Shown here piece by piece: positions 26,303 to 39,039 of a stretch of DNA of 64,000 nt. The notes beneath the pieces were generated by a model. That model made no database searches. It was not told the DNA's origin and saw only the letters and a list, made by a program, of their open reading frames with translations. The translations under genes were made by a program, and so were the position numbers. The DNA is from Lytechinus pictus. Lineage: Eukaryota. The stretch is from NCBI RefSeq assembly GCF_037042905.1, contig NC_087251.1, positions 43,278,001 through 43,342,000 of the forward strand, in the 5' to 3' direction. Positions within the stretch are counted from its first letter, which is position 1, and each line of letters opens with the position of its first letter.

Positions 26303-26824
26303 GGGTGTGTTCAATGTTGATTTTTAGAATTTAAACAGCAGCATAAATCATGATAAAAAAATGCAATTACAGTACATAACGCATATATAATGAATAATAG
26401 AGGGTGTGTTCCATGTCCTCCATTCCCAGTCATAAAAGTAAACATCTTCCAGATCGCGATTCGGAGGAAAATTTAAAAGCCGAAAAAAGATGAGTTTGTA
26501 ATGATCGGCTTAGATGTTACGACCTTCAGCATCGCGAATGCGACACTGAACACGATTGAGCTCTGAAACTTCTTTAAATTTGCTCTCACAGTGGAAGCCT
26601 GCACAAGCACGTGCCAGAATTTCTTGTGATGGGATAAACTGCGCAGTAAGCTGCGCTACAAAGAGCAGGAAATTTATAGACAATCCACGTATCATCAGCT
26701 TTATAATTTTTTATACTAGTTGGTATACCCCTGAATCGCGCTTGTGTTCTTTGTTTTTGTAATTGTGTTTTCAACCATGATTCATGTTGCTGTTTAAATT
26801 TGAAAATCAGTATTGAACACACCC
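26303..26824. mobile_element. MITE with about 65-bp imperfect TIRs and a CpG-rich core
   Basis: GGGTGTGTTCAAT..TGATTTT..AATTTAAACAGCA.CAT.AATCATG...CAATTAC at left; its reverse complement at 26759-26824. Confidence 0.8.
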
Positions 26825-28259
26825 CTTGTCTTCTGTTTCACAACAAAAATAATCAGATCATCAATGATGGAAAGGGAACATCATGGCCCAAAGGACAGGC
26901 TAGGAGAGCCAAGAGCTAACGTCTCACCACTCATCAAGAGAACTTTCAATCAGCTAGACAGCAGCTGCAATGTCATTTCAAATCGTTTTTGGTCAACTTC
27001 TAAGAACTTACAAGACTGCTTCTGTGGCCTGAGGTAGAGAACATTACTGATTTATGAAATTGCAGAAAATTAAAAACAACTATGAATGCTTTGTTCTTCT
27101 TTGATGTCAATGGATCATACTAACTAAAAATCCATTTCTGTACAGAGATCTTTCTGAAGAAAAAAAAAGACACTTCCTCAGAGCCTGAATAGCCGAAATG
27201 CCACAAAATGGCATTTCTTTTTACGTCCAGACCAAATAAATACTCCTACTAATCTAGAAAGGGGTATTGAGAGTGCAAATATTGACATAACTTTTGAGCA
27301 TTCTTGGAATGTTCGGCTACTAAATGAATGTCAAAGCAATTTCAACGCTCACCTCTATCACAAATCTCATCATTTTCATTTCCCGGGGCAAGATGTGTCC
27401 CCTTTACTCAGATAATGATCTTCGGGAATCAAGTCTATCATACTTTCTGACAACCCAGCTCAATTGGAAACCTAATTTTCCCCGAGATTCATGCCATTAA
27501 TGATTCATGAAATACAAAACTGCAGCCGAAATGAGGCTAGACCCTTACGAAGTGGATCAGCGTGTGAGAACGGCGGAACGGGGTATCCTCCGATTTTCTG
27601 AAGTACTTGACACAATTTTTTCATAAAACAATTTGTTTTTCCAACATGGGGCTAGATGGAGTGCAAGAGTGCAAAAGTGCATCTGCACCGGATCAGGTTT
27701 CAAGGGATATATCTGTTCACCTCTTCAGCAGTTGGGCATGAATGAGGAACAAAGATAAACAGCCAAGTTTGAATTAAAGGTAACAACCAGGATGGGATGC
27801 ATTTTTTTTTATTGGGGCAGTTGCTAAATTTTGACGGAGATTTCTTGCATTTGAAGGGCTGTATTTTGCCAAAGAAGCATATAGGTAGGAAATGCAAACA
27901 CATGGAGAAAGAGTGAGAGAAACCAGGTATAGAAAGCACGGATGAAAGGGGGGAAAAGGGTATCTTGCAGGGAAATATCATGGAAATGGGTACCATTTTT
28001 TACCTAAACTGCATACTTATACTATCACATAGATTATAATAATAATAATAAAGATTGGCATGCATTATAAGAGAAAAGTTATGTCCATGATTTTGATGCA
28101 TTTGTTTTTATCAATAATCATCTGCTGAGAGAAAGGATATTGCAAATCCAATGTTAGTGCAGAGAGTTCAACACTACAGACATTAAACAGAAGAACTATC
28201 AGTCTTGCTTGGGCCTGGCATACCCTTTAAACAAGCAAAACAGTGATGACGGTCATTAA

Positions 28260-28637
28260 AGTGATTGGTTAACATTGATTTGACTTTTTAAAAATGTGAG
28301 CTAGAAGGTTACACTTGTCACCTGTGTCTGTGATATGTTACAAAAAAGAAGCCCAGAAAAAATTGCGTTCGAAAATAATTATTTAGTGCTTCAAAAATTG
28401 AAATATAAAGTGACCGAAAACACCATCTTAATTTCATCCCATACACTTATGTGTACTATTTAGGCGTCTATAAGACGCCTATTTACAAAATCAGGGTTTG
28501 CCTTGTAGTTTTAGCTTTTCATTCTCAATAATGGTTGTTTTCAGGGTTTATTAGTTCTAATACATGCACTTGTACACATGTGTCATCTTGGTTTGAAAAT
28601 TTTTTAAATCGGCTGCTCACAAAGTTAAACAATACCT
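28260..28637. mobile_element. Kolobok-like non-autonomous element, second family
   Basis: TTAA|AGTGATTGGTTAAC ... GTTAAACAATACCT|TTAA (imperfect TIR, TTAA on both sides). Confidence 0.7.
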
Positions 28638-29084
28638 TTAATATTCATAGCGTGTACATAGCTATGATAAGAGAAGGGTGATAGTCATCTCATGCATCAT
28701 AACACAGGTGATAATGGTTTATATCGCCCAGGAAAATCTGGGTCACCATAATTTGCAAATAATCCACAGAAAAATAACACGAAGGGAAGAGAATTCATCT
28801 GAGGAATCCATGTTTATTTAATGTGCAGAATGTAAAGTATTCATTTATCCTGATCTTTCACTGCCATAGACTTTTCACTGGGCATTGGAAATGTGTTCTT
28901 GTGACTATTATATTCCTACCTGTCATCAGATCCTCTCTCCACTCCCTGGGGAGTCTCTAGGCTCAATTATAAACTGGCTTGACTCCCCCCCCCCAAAAAA
29001 AAAAAAGTAAATTCATTTTCTCATCCCTAGTTTAGCCTCACCATTGCCAAAAATCTTTTAACTATGCAAAATTCATATAGTGCT

Positions 29085-29275
29085 TAATACCATGTTTCTA
29101 AGTGCTGTATACACCATTCCCCCCCCCCCCCCCATTTAGCATGGCTAACCAGACCGGGTGCTTGAGCATTTAAGGAATTCCTTCCTACCAGGTACCCAAT
29201 AACTGCACCTGGGTGGAGATTGGTAAATGTAGATAAATGCCTTGCCAAAGGATGCGAGTGCTGCAGTGGGTAATA
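29085..29275 (-). mobile_element. Degenerate SINE
   Basis: GAGCATTTAAGGAATTCCTTCCTACCAGGTACCCA..CACCTGGGTGGAG..AATGTAGATAAATGCCTTGCCAAAGGA aligns with the SINE body at about 63300-63395. Confidence 0.7.
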
Positions 29276-29884
29276 TTCTCCCAATTCCTAATTTCAATTT
29301 GAGTTTCAAACAAATTCATCTGTCGTAGTAGACAAAATATCCAGCCATATTGCTACAACTTCAAATCCATGAGGTTGATTGAACCAAAGCTGCCTATCTC
29401 TGGTATGGCATGAATGAGCGGGAGAGAAAGGGCTAACCATGAACTCTATTCTCAACTCCTCACCCATCTGCTCATCCCATCTTTGCTACATTGAGATGAC
29501 TTAACTCATTGATGACTCCTCGTGCCAATGACACGCTGGTACATTCCAAACATCAGTCCAAATCACAGAGACATCGCAGACATGTCCGCACGGCAGACCA
29601 GATCCATTCTCCTTGCCCACACACACCGGTGCGGTGGTCCAAATTACGGCCCCGATTCCAACTCCGTATCCAGAAATGTTGGCCAATTTGCAAGGAAGGG
29701 GGTGACATGTGATGCGAGGTAAATAGCCTCTTGATTGCCGAGGCGTCGGACGGTGTCAAAATGCATCTGACTGCGGCGCTAATGCCTATTCCATACTCTA
29801 TGCATTACATCTGTGATTGATTTCGGTGACATAAGTTGAACTTGACTTTGGCTCATGTAACATGCCTTCAGGTGATGTCTTCAG

Positions 29885-30184
29885 TGCCCTGTAACATAGA
29901 GCCTAACAATTGATCATGTAGCTGATCTTACGATTGATCATACACAATAATCAATGCAATCAATCATAGGAATCAGCCTCACAATCAATCGCTAAGCTTT
30001 ATGTTACGGGCCCCTGATGTAAGTTTCTCCATTAAGACAGGGTCGCATGTCTTCAACCCTGGACCCTGTAACATAGAGCCTAACGATTGATCATGAAGCC
30101 GATCTTACGATTGATCATACACAATAATCAATGCAATCAATCATAGGAATCAGCCTCACAATCAATCGCTAAGCTTTATGTTAT
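29885..30184. mobile_element. Two near-identical copies of MITE family C (Harbinger-like, CWG flanks)
   Basis: 29885-30013 (CAG|TGCCCTGTAACATAGAGC...GCTTTATGTTACGGGCCC|CTG) and 30062-30184 (right TIR truncated). Confidence 0.8.
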
Positions 30185-30264
30185 TTTCTCTGATTGTTTG
30201 TCAGAATTCAATGAATTCCTTTCATATCTGACATGCTTAAGTGACCTTGATCAAAATTCACACA

Positions 30265-30530
30265 TTGATTGATTGATTAAAAATCACATTTATTTCCTTC
30301 AAACAGATACAAAATAATATTTGACATAGTAACGAATACAGCATATATTTCGACACAATTTTGAAGGAGGCTAAAACCCGGAAAGCAGAGCTTGAGTTGG
30401 GGTCGCCAGATACAAATAAATAACAAGTTACGTACTGTAATGACATCATATGTAATTGCATATAAATAAGAAAGTTAAGAGTAGAAAAAGAAAAAAGAAA
30501 AAGAAAATAGAAAAAGAAAATAGAAAAAGG
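30265..30530 (-). mobile_element. Probable LINE 3'-UTR fragment
   Basis: Minus strand ends in AATAAA plus a (TCAA)n tail, preceded by CAAGCTCTGCTTT and a T-rich tract, as in CR1/L2-type 3' ends. Confidence 0.45.
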
Positions 30531-30807
30531 CAACACATCGTTGCCTTTGCTATCTACACCTGATATGAACGCATTTTTTTTCCCCAAAATTTTCCTACAT
30601 TTTTTTTTTTAAATGGAAACCAATTATAGGCTAAAACACATTAATTTATAGGATTTAGTTAAACTAATCTTTTATCAATGGGTTTGATATCAGTATACTG
30701 CATATTTTGAAAGAAACTTTTATTATTAATGAAACTATCCTTATATGTTTAGTAGACTTAAATCTTTGTTCCATAATCCAACGTTATATCGGAATGAAAA
30801 TAGTGCT

Positions 30808-31305
30808 TGCATTTTCATCATTTTCATTTTATTCACTTGTTTGATATATTTATCTACCACTCATGGGATGGAACACTCTACCAGCAAATGCTGCTCTTCC
30901 TAGGGGTCCATGCATTGAAATATGATGACAAAGAAGAAAATAAGAAATGTACGGGGGAAACAAAAAAATGGCTTCATATAAATAGCTCAATGGACATCAC
31001 TTGGAGTCAACAACGCTCTTGAACTCTTGATTTGGCTAAGGACATAAATTTCAGCCTCTCCGATGAAATAGAGAAAGCCACTGTCTCAGCATTGGAGAAT
31101 TGGAGCCTAATATTGCTCTTGAGATGGAGTGCATCTGGTTGCTGTGGCGATGTAATAGTGTCCACCTCCTTGAACAGAGTGTCCAGGTGGCGTCTGGGAG
31201 ACACAGTGTCAATGACAGTTCTTCAGAAGATGATCAGAAGGACGATGGGAGCAGCATCATATCTCTATGGATCGGTTCTTTCACAAGAGACCTCTCCGAC
31301 TGCTG
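30808..31305 (-). mobile_element. Decayed CR1/L2-like LINE 3' end (ORF2 tail + UTR)
   Basis: Minus strand gives LLIIF*RTVIDTVSPRRHLDTLFKEVDT.. then HRH/TR after frameshifts, resembling the ORF2 C-terminal FK....P.YL..LF....H...TR pattern. 3' motif TGGACCCCTAGGAAGAGCAGC, then AATAAAATGAAAATG. Confidence 0.5.
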
Positions 31306-31308
31306 CAG

Positions 31309-31535
31309 GCGCCCTGTTTCATTAACAGTTACAACTATGGTAACACTCACTACACCACCATACTCTATCAAGTTTGTATGAACATTGAATCTTTCTCTAA
31401 CTACGGTAACTTTGCCATTATTGTCACTATCATGGTTAGCTTGATTGTGATTGGCTGCTGAGCCCTGATACCATGGTAACTGTCACAATGGCAAAGTTAC
31501 CAACGTTGTACGTAACTTTTTTATGAAATGGACCC
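31309..31535. mobile_element. MITE family E, Harbinger-like (CAG TSD)
   Basis: CAG|GCGCCCTGTTTCATTAACAGTTAC ... GTAACTTTTTTATGAAATGGACCC|CAG; internal ATGGTAAC repeats; a fragment of the same family lies near 63010-63135. Confidence 0.7.
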
Positions 31536-33320
31536 CAGACTAAATCTAATCTGTGATGCCTTTATACGATGTACAATTTTCTAACTCAAAAGTTTTTTAC
31601 TGAACATTTCCCTGAAAACTACAAAGTTGTTTCAAAATTATCACTTATTCAGTTACATTGTAAGTTTGGAAATTTTTTCCTAACATTACTTTCCCATCAT
31701 TGTCTGTCTATCATTTTTTCACCTAAATTCTTTATCAAAAAACACTCTTGTATTTCATTTTAACCAAATAAAGCACTGTTACTAAGAACCATTGATTCCC
31801 ACAAAATTTATTAAAATTCAATCAGGGACTTTATTATTATTCTAACTCAAAGTTTAAATGCAATAATGCTGATTTAAATTTCATATTTCCCTACTTCAAT
31901 TTGATTGAATTGAAATCTTATGGATCAATTTTAATGGAGCGCCATTTATGTATCTTAATACGAAATTTGATAATTTCATGATCAAGTGGTACGTTGCATA
32001 CATCATCTTGCCATGATACACATATCTTATGCAAACAATATTATCCTAAATTTTGGACTACTAAGGTATATATCAAATTATCAAAGTTTGGAGAGAAGAA
32101 AATGACTGTCAGTGCCTCTTTATAATTTTGCCTCTTCATTCATGCTTGAGTGAATTCATATCACCCCTTGAGAGTTGAGTGTACAGTGCACACTATAACC
32201 CAGATCACATGACAAGATCTTATTGCATTTCTTAAGGTAGGATGGGAGTTAGCATCAGTGCACTCAATTACACATCGATATGAGGACAGATATAGGGTAT
32301 GGAAGTTGTTTTCTGTTATGTGCTTGCAGACAAGGTTATGAGAAGACCAACAGAAAAAAATACAGATTTGATATCATATATTGCTCTTCTTTTAGCATTT
32401 TTTATTGTTTTTCATTCATTTATTTCTATTTACTTTGTGTTTAGGATTTTAACTGTAAGTTTCTCTTGGCAAACTGCATTAGAAATAACAAAAATTATGA
32501 CCCTGTATCTCCGTCTATACCATTCAACACTTCATTATCTAGCTTAATATAAGACCATATATGCGCCAGGACTTGGAGCATATATGAGGCACTCACTCTA
32601 GTAATGGTGTCACCAACAGAGAGCCGAATACTAAACGAAAGGGGGGGGGGCATAAGAGTGGATTATATTTTCCCTGTATTTTAGAAACATATCCAGAAAA
32701 AAGAACCAAAATGAATACTCTCTCTGTGATATTGCGCAATTTAACCAAATATAATACTTTGGGTCCTATAATATTATGTTATTGTAATCATTACCAAAGA
32801 AGGAATATGTAAAAATAGTGACTGATGTATCAGGAAGGGGGAAAGGAGGGCAGAATCAAGAGAGAGAGCGAGAGAGAGAGAGAGAGAGTAACACATCTGT
32901 CAATCACAGAATGACCACTAAGGGAAAAAGTACACAGCAAATCTGTCAACAAAACTATCAGATTTTGTGAGCATTTTTCTCCATCTATTCATTGGTCCAT
33001 TGACCCAAAGCTACAGAGAACAATCACCTTCCAGTCCAAGAACAATATTTGGTTCAACCTGGAGATTCTGTTTCCACTCTCCATTCTTAAATTCCATGGT
33101 GATCTTGACCTTTCGTTCCTTTCTCCCCACTCTCTCTCTCCCTCTCTCCATCACCCTCCCTCATAATCAATTCATAAAGCCAGGTGCACAGGGGAAGCTT
33201 ACATAAATACTTGAAGAGGGATATTATTTGAATATATCCAGATGGGCTTTTCGTGACTGGGAGAAATGTACAGGAGTTGTTTTAGACTAACCTTCTAAAT
33301 ATTTGAAAATACAGAATGAC

Positions 33321-33566
33321 AGAGAACCATCAACAGTTACTGGATATAGAAAAAATAGTGAGGATGGTGTTGATATGCTTTTCCTTGAGGGAAGCATTTC
33401 ATGAAACAAATAATCTGTGATTTTTCACTGACAATTGTTACAAGAGAACCATCAACAGTTAAAGGATATAGAAAAAATAGTGAGAATGGTGTTGATATGC
33501 TTTTCCTTGAGGGAAGCATTTCATGAAACAAATAATCTGTGATTTTTCACTGACAATTGTTACAAG
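33321..33566. repeat. Tandem duplication, 2 x 122 bp, spanning a MITE left junction
   Basis: AGAGAACCATCAACAGTTA...CACTGACAATTGTTACAAG starts at 33321 and 33443. Confidence 0.95.
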
Positions 33567-33657
33567 AAATTACTGTTACTGAAATCCTGGCATCTGATTG
33601 GCTCAGAACAAATTTTCAAGTGAAAATCACTGACCATTTGCTTTATGAAACGCTCCC
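33512..33657. mobile_element. MITE family D (CTGATTGG core), Harbinger-like
   Basis: GGAAGCATTTCATGAAAC / GCTTTATGAAACGCTCCC|CTG; inverted decayed copy at about 33750-33877 and a partial copy at about 40854-40950. Confidence 0.75.
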
Positions 33658-35396
33658 CTGAACAAGATCAGATTTACCCACTTACATGGAGCCATGCAAA
33701 AACATTCATGTGCTACTGTGACAGTAATAAGCTTAGTTTTGACTTTTGAGTAGTATTTCATGAAACAAAATGGTCAGTGATTTTCAATGGCAAATTTGCT
33801 CTCAGCCAATCAGATGCGAGGATTTGGGAGCTTGCAACAATCCTTGAAAATCACTATTGTTTCATTGAATGTTCCCCATAACCAGGTACACATTCCTTGT
33901 TGTATGGCATGCTTTCAAGTTTGTAACCAATGTTATCATGATCATCAAAGCCTGGGAGTGATATATTCCAAATATCTTTTCTTTTTAAATTACAGCATCG
34001 TTTTTAAAGATCCCATTAATGCATTCCTTAATGCTGCTGATTCACGATGTATAGATAAAGCTACATACCATTTCTCAAGGTCTAAAGATTGAGCCCCAAG
34101 AGATGTTCTGTCCATCAAAAGCGAGATAGCACTTTCCACCATGATATGGAAATAGTTCTATAATTCATACAGGACATACTTTTAGCTAACCTAGATATGA
34201 ACATACTTACATGTACATAATAAATAGTGTTGAGAAGGAAAGTAAGATTTCCTAAATACGAATGTTGGATATCTAAGTGGTTGTAACTCAAGAATACTTT
34301 GTGTCAGGAGTGGGACTCATTTGTGAATAACATGAAGACTGCATTGATATAACTTTGTTAACAAACTTGTTATGTACCTCTCAGTTAAAAATGTATGTAT
34401 TGTGCCTACGAAGAGAAATTGAACTGTATTTAGACAGTTATTTACAGGCCAAAATGCTAAATCAGTATAATTTTTGTTGTAATCATTAACATCATCATCA
34501 ATATTGATATGATTGGAATAACTAAAATAAGCAAAATGCTACAAATGTGTGATATTAGATTGTTTTACCAAATTTTGAACTGCAACGTACATTCGGAAAT
34601 AAATTGTTCAATCAATTAAATCAAGTATAATCAATTCATATTTAATGGCCTACTTCGCTTTCTAGGACTGAGCATGGATCCTACTAGATCCATGGACTGA
34701 GCAAGCCCATTGTACTTAAATTGAATCTGTCATGAAGTGTATCTGTAAATATTCAGTAGGCCTACTGATCAGTGGTCCTAGTCTACTGTAAAAAATGCAC
34801 TAATCAGCCATTATCAGACATTCACCTGGTCTGGAAAAGGAGGTAAACTGGACTTGGCGTTGAGTAGCTTAAGCTACAATCACACCAACGAAACTAACTG
34901 CAAACTGACCAAAGGTATGCCATTCAAAATAATGTAATAGCTCTGATCAGTAGGGAGTCCTTTTCCTTGGTGTGACTGAGACCAAGTAAGAGTGTATTCA
35001 CCTGCTGTCACTCACTATACCCCTGATGAGATCTCATGGAGTTCTCTAGGGTCAAAGGTCATGGCCAACTAAACATGGGCACAGGAGCTACATGCAGGGA
35101 GCTACAGGTCAACCGAAAACACAGGCAGCTTGTGGTTCTGGACCATCTTAAAATATTACAGTGGACCATAAGTTCAAGAGTCCCTTTTTTCATTTAAATA
35201 TAGGCCTAGACCTTGATGTTGCTGTGATTAAAAGATTGTGAGAGAATACTTGAGTTGGTTTTCTCATGCAAACCAATGGATGCACTGCATTCTGAACCTT
35301 AAGAATTAATGACAAGGATATCGGTGTCGGAACTTTAGCCAATCACCGACACAGCTCGATTCGGAACAACACCTTTGCCTTTGAAGTCTAGATCAG

Positions 35397-35521
35397 AAGC
35401 CCCTAACATAAAGCTTAGCGACTGTTCATGGGGCTGGGTTTTTTAAGTTTGATCATGTACACGATGTCATCGTCATAGAAATCAGACCGACTATCAATTG
35501 CTAAGCTTTAAGTTATGGGAC
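35397..35521. mobile_element. MITE family C, degenerate
   Basis: CAG|AAGCCCCTAACATAAAGCTTAGC ... GCTAAGCTTTAAGTTATGGGAC|CAG. Confidence 0.65.
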
Positions 35522-35847
35522 CAGGTATATTCATCGATTGCCAAGAAGAAAGGTCTATCTCAAAGTACTTACGGAATATCATCAGCAAACGTATTATGCT
35601 TGGTAGAGGATTTACAGAAATCATGAACTTAAGCCATTCTGTCTACCGTTTCATGATAAAAAAAAAAACGGGACCGGTGTTTGTCGACTTTGGTGTCAAG
35701 GGTTCTGAATCAGTGTTGATCTAGGCTCTAGTTTCTCGGCTTATTTCATAAATCATCCCGTACTTTGGGGATATTTGCACTTATTTTTCATCAAGTAAAT
35801 ACCCGGGAACAGGGCAGGTATACGAGCTTACTGCGAGAATGAAGCAT

Positions 35848-36165
35848 GAAGAGAGAGAGGGGGGGGGAATGAAAATAGAAATAGAGAAATTTATGATAAG
35901 ATGGGATAAGAAATGCAGAAAGGAGTGGGTGATATAGAGAAAGAAGGGAGAGAAGAAGGGAAGTGGGAAGGTGAGAGAAAGCGAGAGCCAAACAAAAATC
36001 AAAATAGTGAAATAAGACAGAAAGAGGATAGGGGAGGAAGTGGTAGAGAAAGAGGGGTATAAAAGAGACAGAAGAGGAGAGAAAAAATAAGAGAAAGAGG
36101 AGAGAGTGAGAGAGGGGGATAGGGAGGAAAAAGAAATAGAGAGAGAAATGGAAATAAAGAGGATT
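35848..36165 (+). repeat. Purine-rich (GA) low-complexity tract
   Basis: Nearly all A/G; explains the S/L/F-rich 171-aa and 163-aa minus-strand ORFs. Confidence 0.9.
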
Positions 36166-37279
36166 GGAATCAAGTAAACATTTGATTTTGGGATGTTTGA
36201 GATCAGATTGGAAGTGCGTGGTGCTCTGGACAATAGGTTCAAGGCTATGTTCATATTGAATCCTTTGCAGAAACAAGTGCATTTATTGTGATACAAATGT
36301 AATTTCTTAACATCCTTGGACCTGACTTCCTAAAATATGTCAATGATTGATTCTGGGATACGACCTTTTATGATTATCAACGCAAGAAAGACACCTAACA
36401 TCTACTTTTCCCACATAATTCCCTGTTCCATCAACTGATTATTTTCTTTGACTGGTAGGCACTTTTAATTAAACTTATATAACATTTGCATGTTAAATAT
36501 ATCGGCCACTCAAAAATTATATCATTTAATGGTGAGAGGTATAATCTTTGCTTTTCAGCTGGCCCTACCTCATTTTCAATTTATATTTTTTTTTATAATT
36601 GTCTATTGTAATATAACGTTAAATCTTTATATATACTTCAAATGAGATTACATGTCAACTTATGATAAATGTAACTATGAAAAATTGAAAGTGCAAAAAA
36701 AAAATGAATTGAGGTATTTCAAGTGTAAGTCCATGTCTTTCGGCAATGCAACAGGCTAACCAACAAGATCAACTCTTAACCAACCGATGATATGTTATTG
36801 GGTGTAACGTAATATATTGTTCGGGCTGGAATCAGTTTTGCTAGTGTGACTATGGCACATTCACACTCTTTTGAGGCAACGACTTACAGCCAGCTAGTGC
36901 AATGTGATTTGGGTTGGCAAAGGATTGAAACGCATCAGGTATGAACATGCCTTGTGCGAAGTAGGTTTGTCGGATGAAACACCGGGCGTAACGGTTATAT
37001 TTGTGGACTCCCACCCAGACAAGAGGATATTTCCAGATTACAAAATCTCGAAAAACTCTCGCGGGGGGATCGGGTTGCGGCGCGAATCGGAAACAAGACC
37101 GGAGATATGACGAATATTTCACAGGTTGCGAGGTTGTACCACACATGAACAATTGACAAATGTTATTACTATGACTCAATCAAATCCCCCCATTCAAATT
37201 AGATTACAATAATATAATGTACTTCCTGACATCTCCTTATTTCTTGATATTGAATTATCTGCTCTGGGTATGCGTGAAG

Positions 37280-37408
37280 GGGCTCGTAACACAAAGCTTA
37301 GCAATCATTGTAGAACCTTTTTCTATGATTCATTGCATTGATTACAGTGTACAATCAATCGTGAAAACCGAGTGTACGATTAATCACTAACCTTTGTGTT
37401 ACGGGACC
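37280..37408. mobile_element. MITE family C
   Basis: GGGCTCGTAACACAAAGCTTAGC ... CTAACCTTTGTGTTACGGGACC; aligns with 40734-40850. Confidence 0.8.
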
Positions 37409-38500
37409 AAGGACTCCTACTTTTATCCTTTCCCATCAGCAATATACTTCTCTATTCCTATCTCTCTTTCTCTCTCCCATTCCCTCTACACGTCTGTCTG
37501 TCCATTTCACTTTTTTCTTCCCTCTCCCTCTTTCTCTTCCCCCCCCCCCCCTCTCCAATCGTCTGTTGTCTAGAAATCACAGCATATTCTCAAGACTTAC
37601 ATAATGACCTCTCTATCAATTTCAATTATATCAAATAATGTTTGAAAAATATTAATGTGTCCATCATGTGAATAAAATTTTGAGATTAGTTCAATATGTC
37701 TATTCTAAAACAGAAATTTCAAGGTTGCCTTTCCATGAAAGACAAGTGTTTTTGTCGTCCTTAAATACTGACTCCCTTTTTAGATACACTATTCAATCAT
37801 GTTCTACGACCAATGTTTTTAAGCAAGAATGTTCTAATATAAGATTAAGCAAGTCAAGGATAAATTATAACAAGAACATTCTGCACGCTTATTTCCTGTA
37901 AGCTGATGTAAACATGTTAATGCATTTGTTCATGCTACGCAGGATGCAGCCATTAATTTCATTCATTACATCCAGATTATTAGATTTAGTGGAGTCAATG
38001 TCCATTAATGTATACCAAATCAACACAAAGCCTTTATTATGAGTTAGTCCTCAAGTGGAAACAAAAGAACACTCAACGGCTGCAGTGTTTGCTATACTAG
38101 TATCATACTGAAATAAATGAAGGAAAAGGGTTTGTATTGAAATTGAAATGTTATATCTATTGTGTTCCAAAATCAAATATAGGAAAATATATGATACTAC
38201 AAATATACTTTACTACAAATATATTTTTACTTCTAAGATAATACAGGAAATTCAAATTTCTCTTACTCATATTTTAAATTTACAACCAGATTTGAGTCTA
38301 ATCAACTGCCATATTAAACAAAAGAACCTTCCATATAACAATATAATAATTTACTAACAAAAGAAAAGTGAAGCTGTCTTTTCATTCAAATCGAGAATGT
38401 TTTCATAGAACCTGTAATTTATTTAGACAGAAGAGGTCTAATTTATGTTTAATTTGCTCATGACTCTCCTGGACACCCATCTCTCCCCTACACTCTCCAG

Positions 38501-38644
38501 GGGCCCGTTGCAGAAAGAGTTGCATTTAAACGCAAGCCAAAAAATCAATCGCAAGTCCCAAATGCGCGCTGTTGATTGGTTGAAAATCAAGTTGCCATGA
38601 TTTTTAGAGTTGCGATTGATTGCAACTCTTTCTGCAACGGGCCC
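38501..38644. mobile_element. MITE family B (CAG TSD)
   Basis: CAG|GGGCCCGTTGCAGAAAGAGTTGC ... GCAACTCTTTCTGCAACGGGCCC|CAG; nearly identical to 4223-4367. Confidence 0.93.
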
Positions 38645-38807
38645 CAGGGGCTCCAGACGCTCAAGCTGTATTTATCTGCCTGCACCTGTACAATCATATT
38701 TGATGTTCCTTAGCATGGGATCAGACTCCTTTGTGAGGTGCATGCTTCCATCCCTCTTGGTGTATGCTTAGGTGAGCATAGTACATCACCTAGAACACTA
38801 GCATATA

Positions 38808-39039
38808 CAGTGGTCGATCCAGGGGGGGGGGGCCAGCCCCTGCCCCTTGGATAAAAAAATATGTGAACATTTTTGCATTAAACATTTTTTGAAATATACT
38901 CGTTAAAAAAACTACAGGAAAAAGCTTTATATGAGTGGTGAAAACTATTTTGCCTTTTTTGAGGGGGGGGGGTTGTCACCACATTTTGTAATGAAAAATG
39001 CACCTCCCCCTCCCTGGTCAATTCCTGAATTCACCACTA
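38808..39039. mobile_element. Degenerate hAT-like MITE
   Basis: CAGTGGTCGATCCAGG / CCTGAATTCACCACTA inverted termini with subterminal G/C runs; TSD not preserved. Confidence 0.55.

Noticed and set aside
27777..28226. Additional TTAA-AGG...CCT-TTAA element
   Set aside because: Only a few terminal bases match and there is no second copy to confirm it.
31032..31381. 97-aa and 93-aa plus-strand ORFs
   Set aside because: Antisense to a probable decayed LINE tail and running into a MITE.
34200..34640. LINE 3' end with AATAAA and a (TCAA)-like tail
   Set aside because: The tail is suggestive but no ORF2 motif could be recovered upstream.
35781..36296. 171-aa and 163-aa hydrophobic minus-strand ORFs
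   Set aside because: They arise from a low-complexity purine tract whose complement lacks stop codons.
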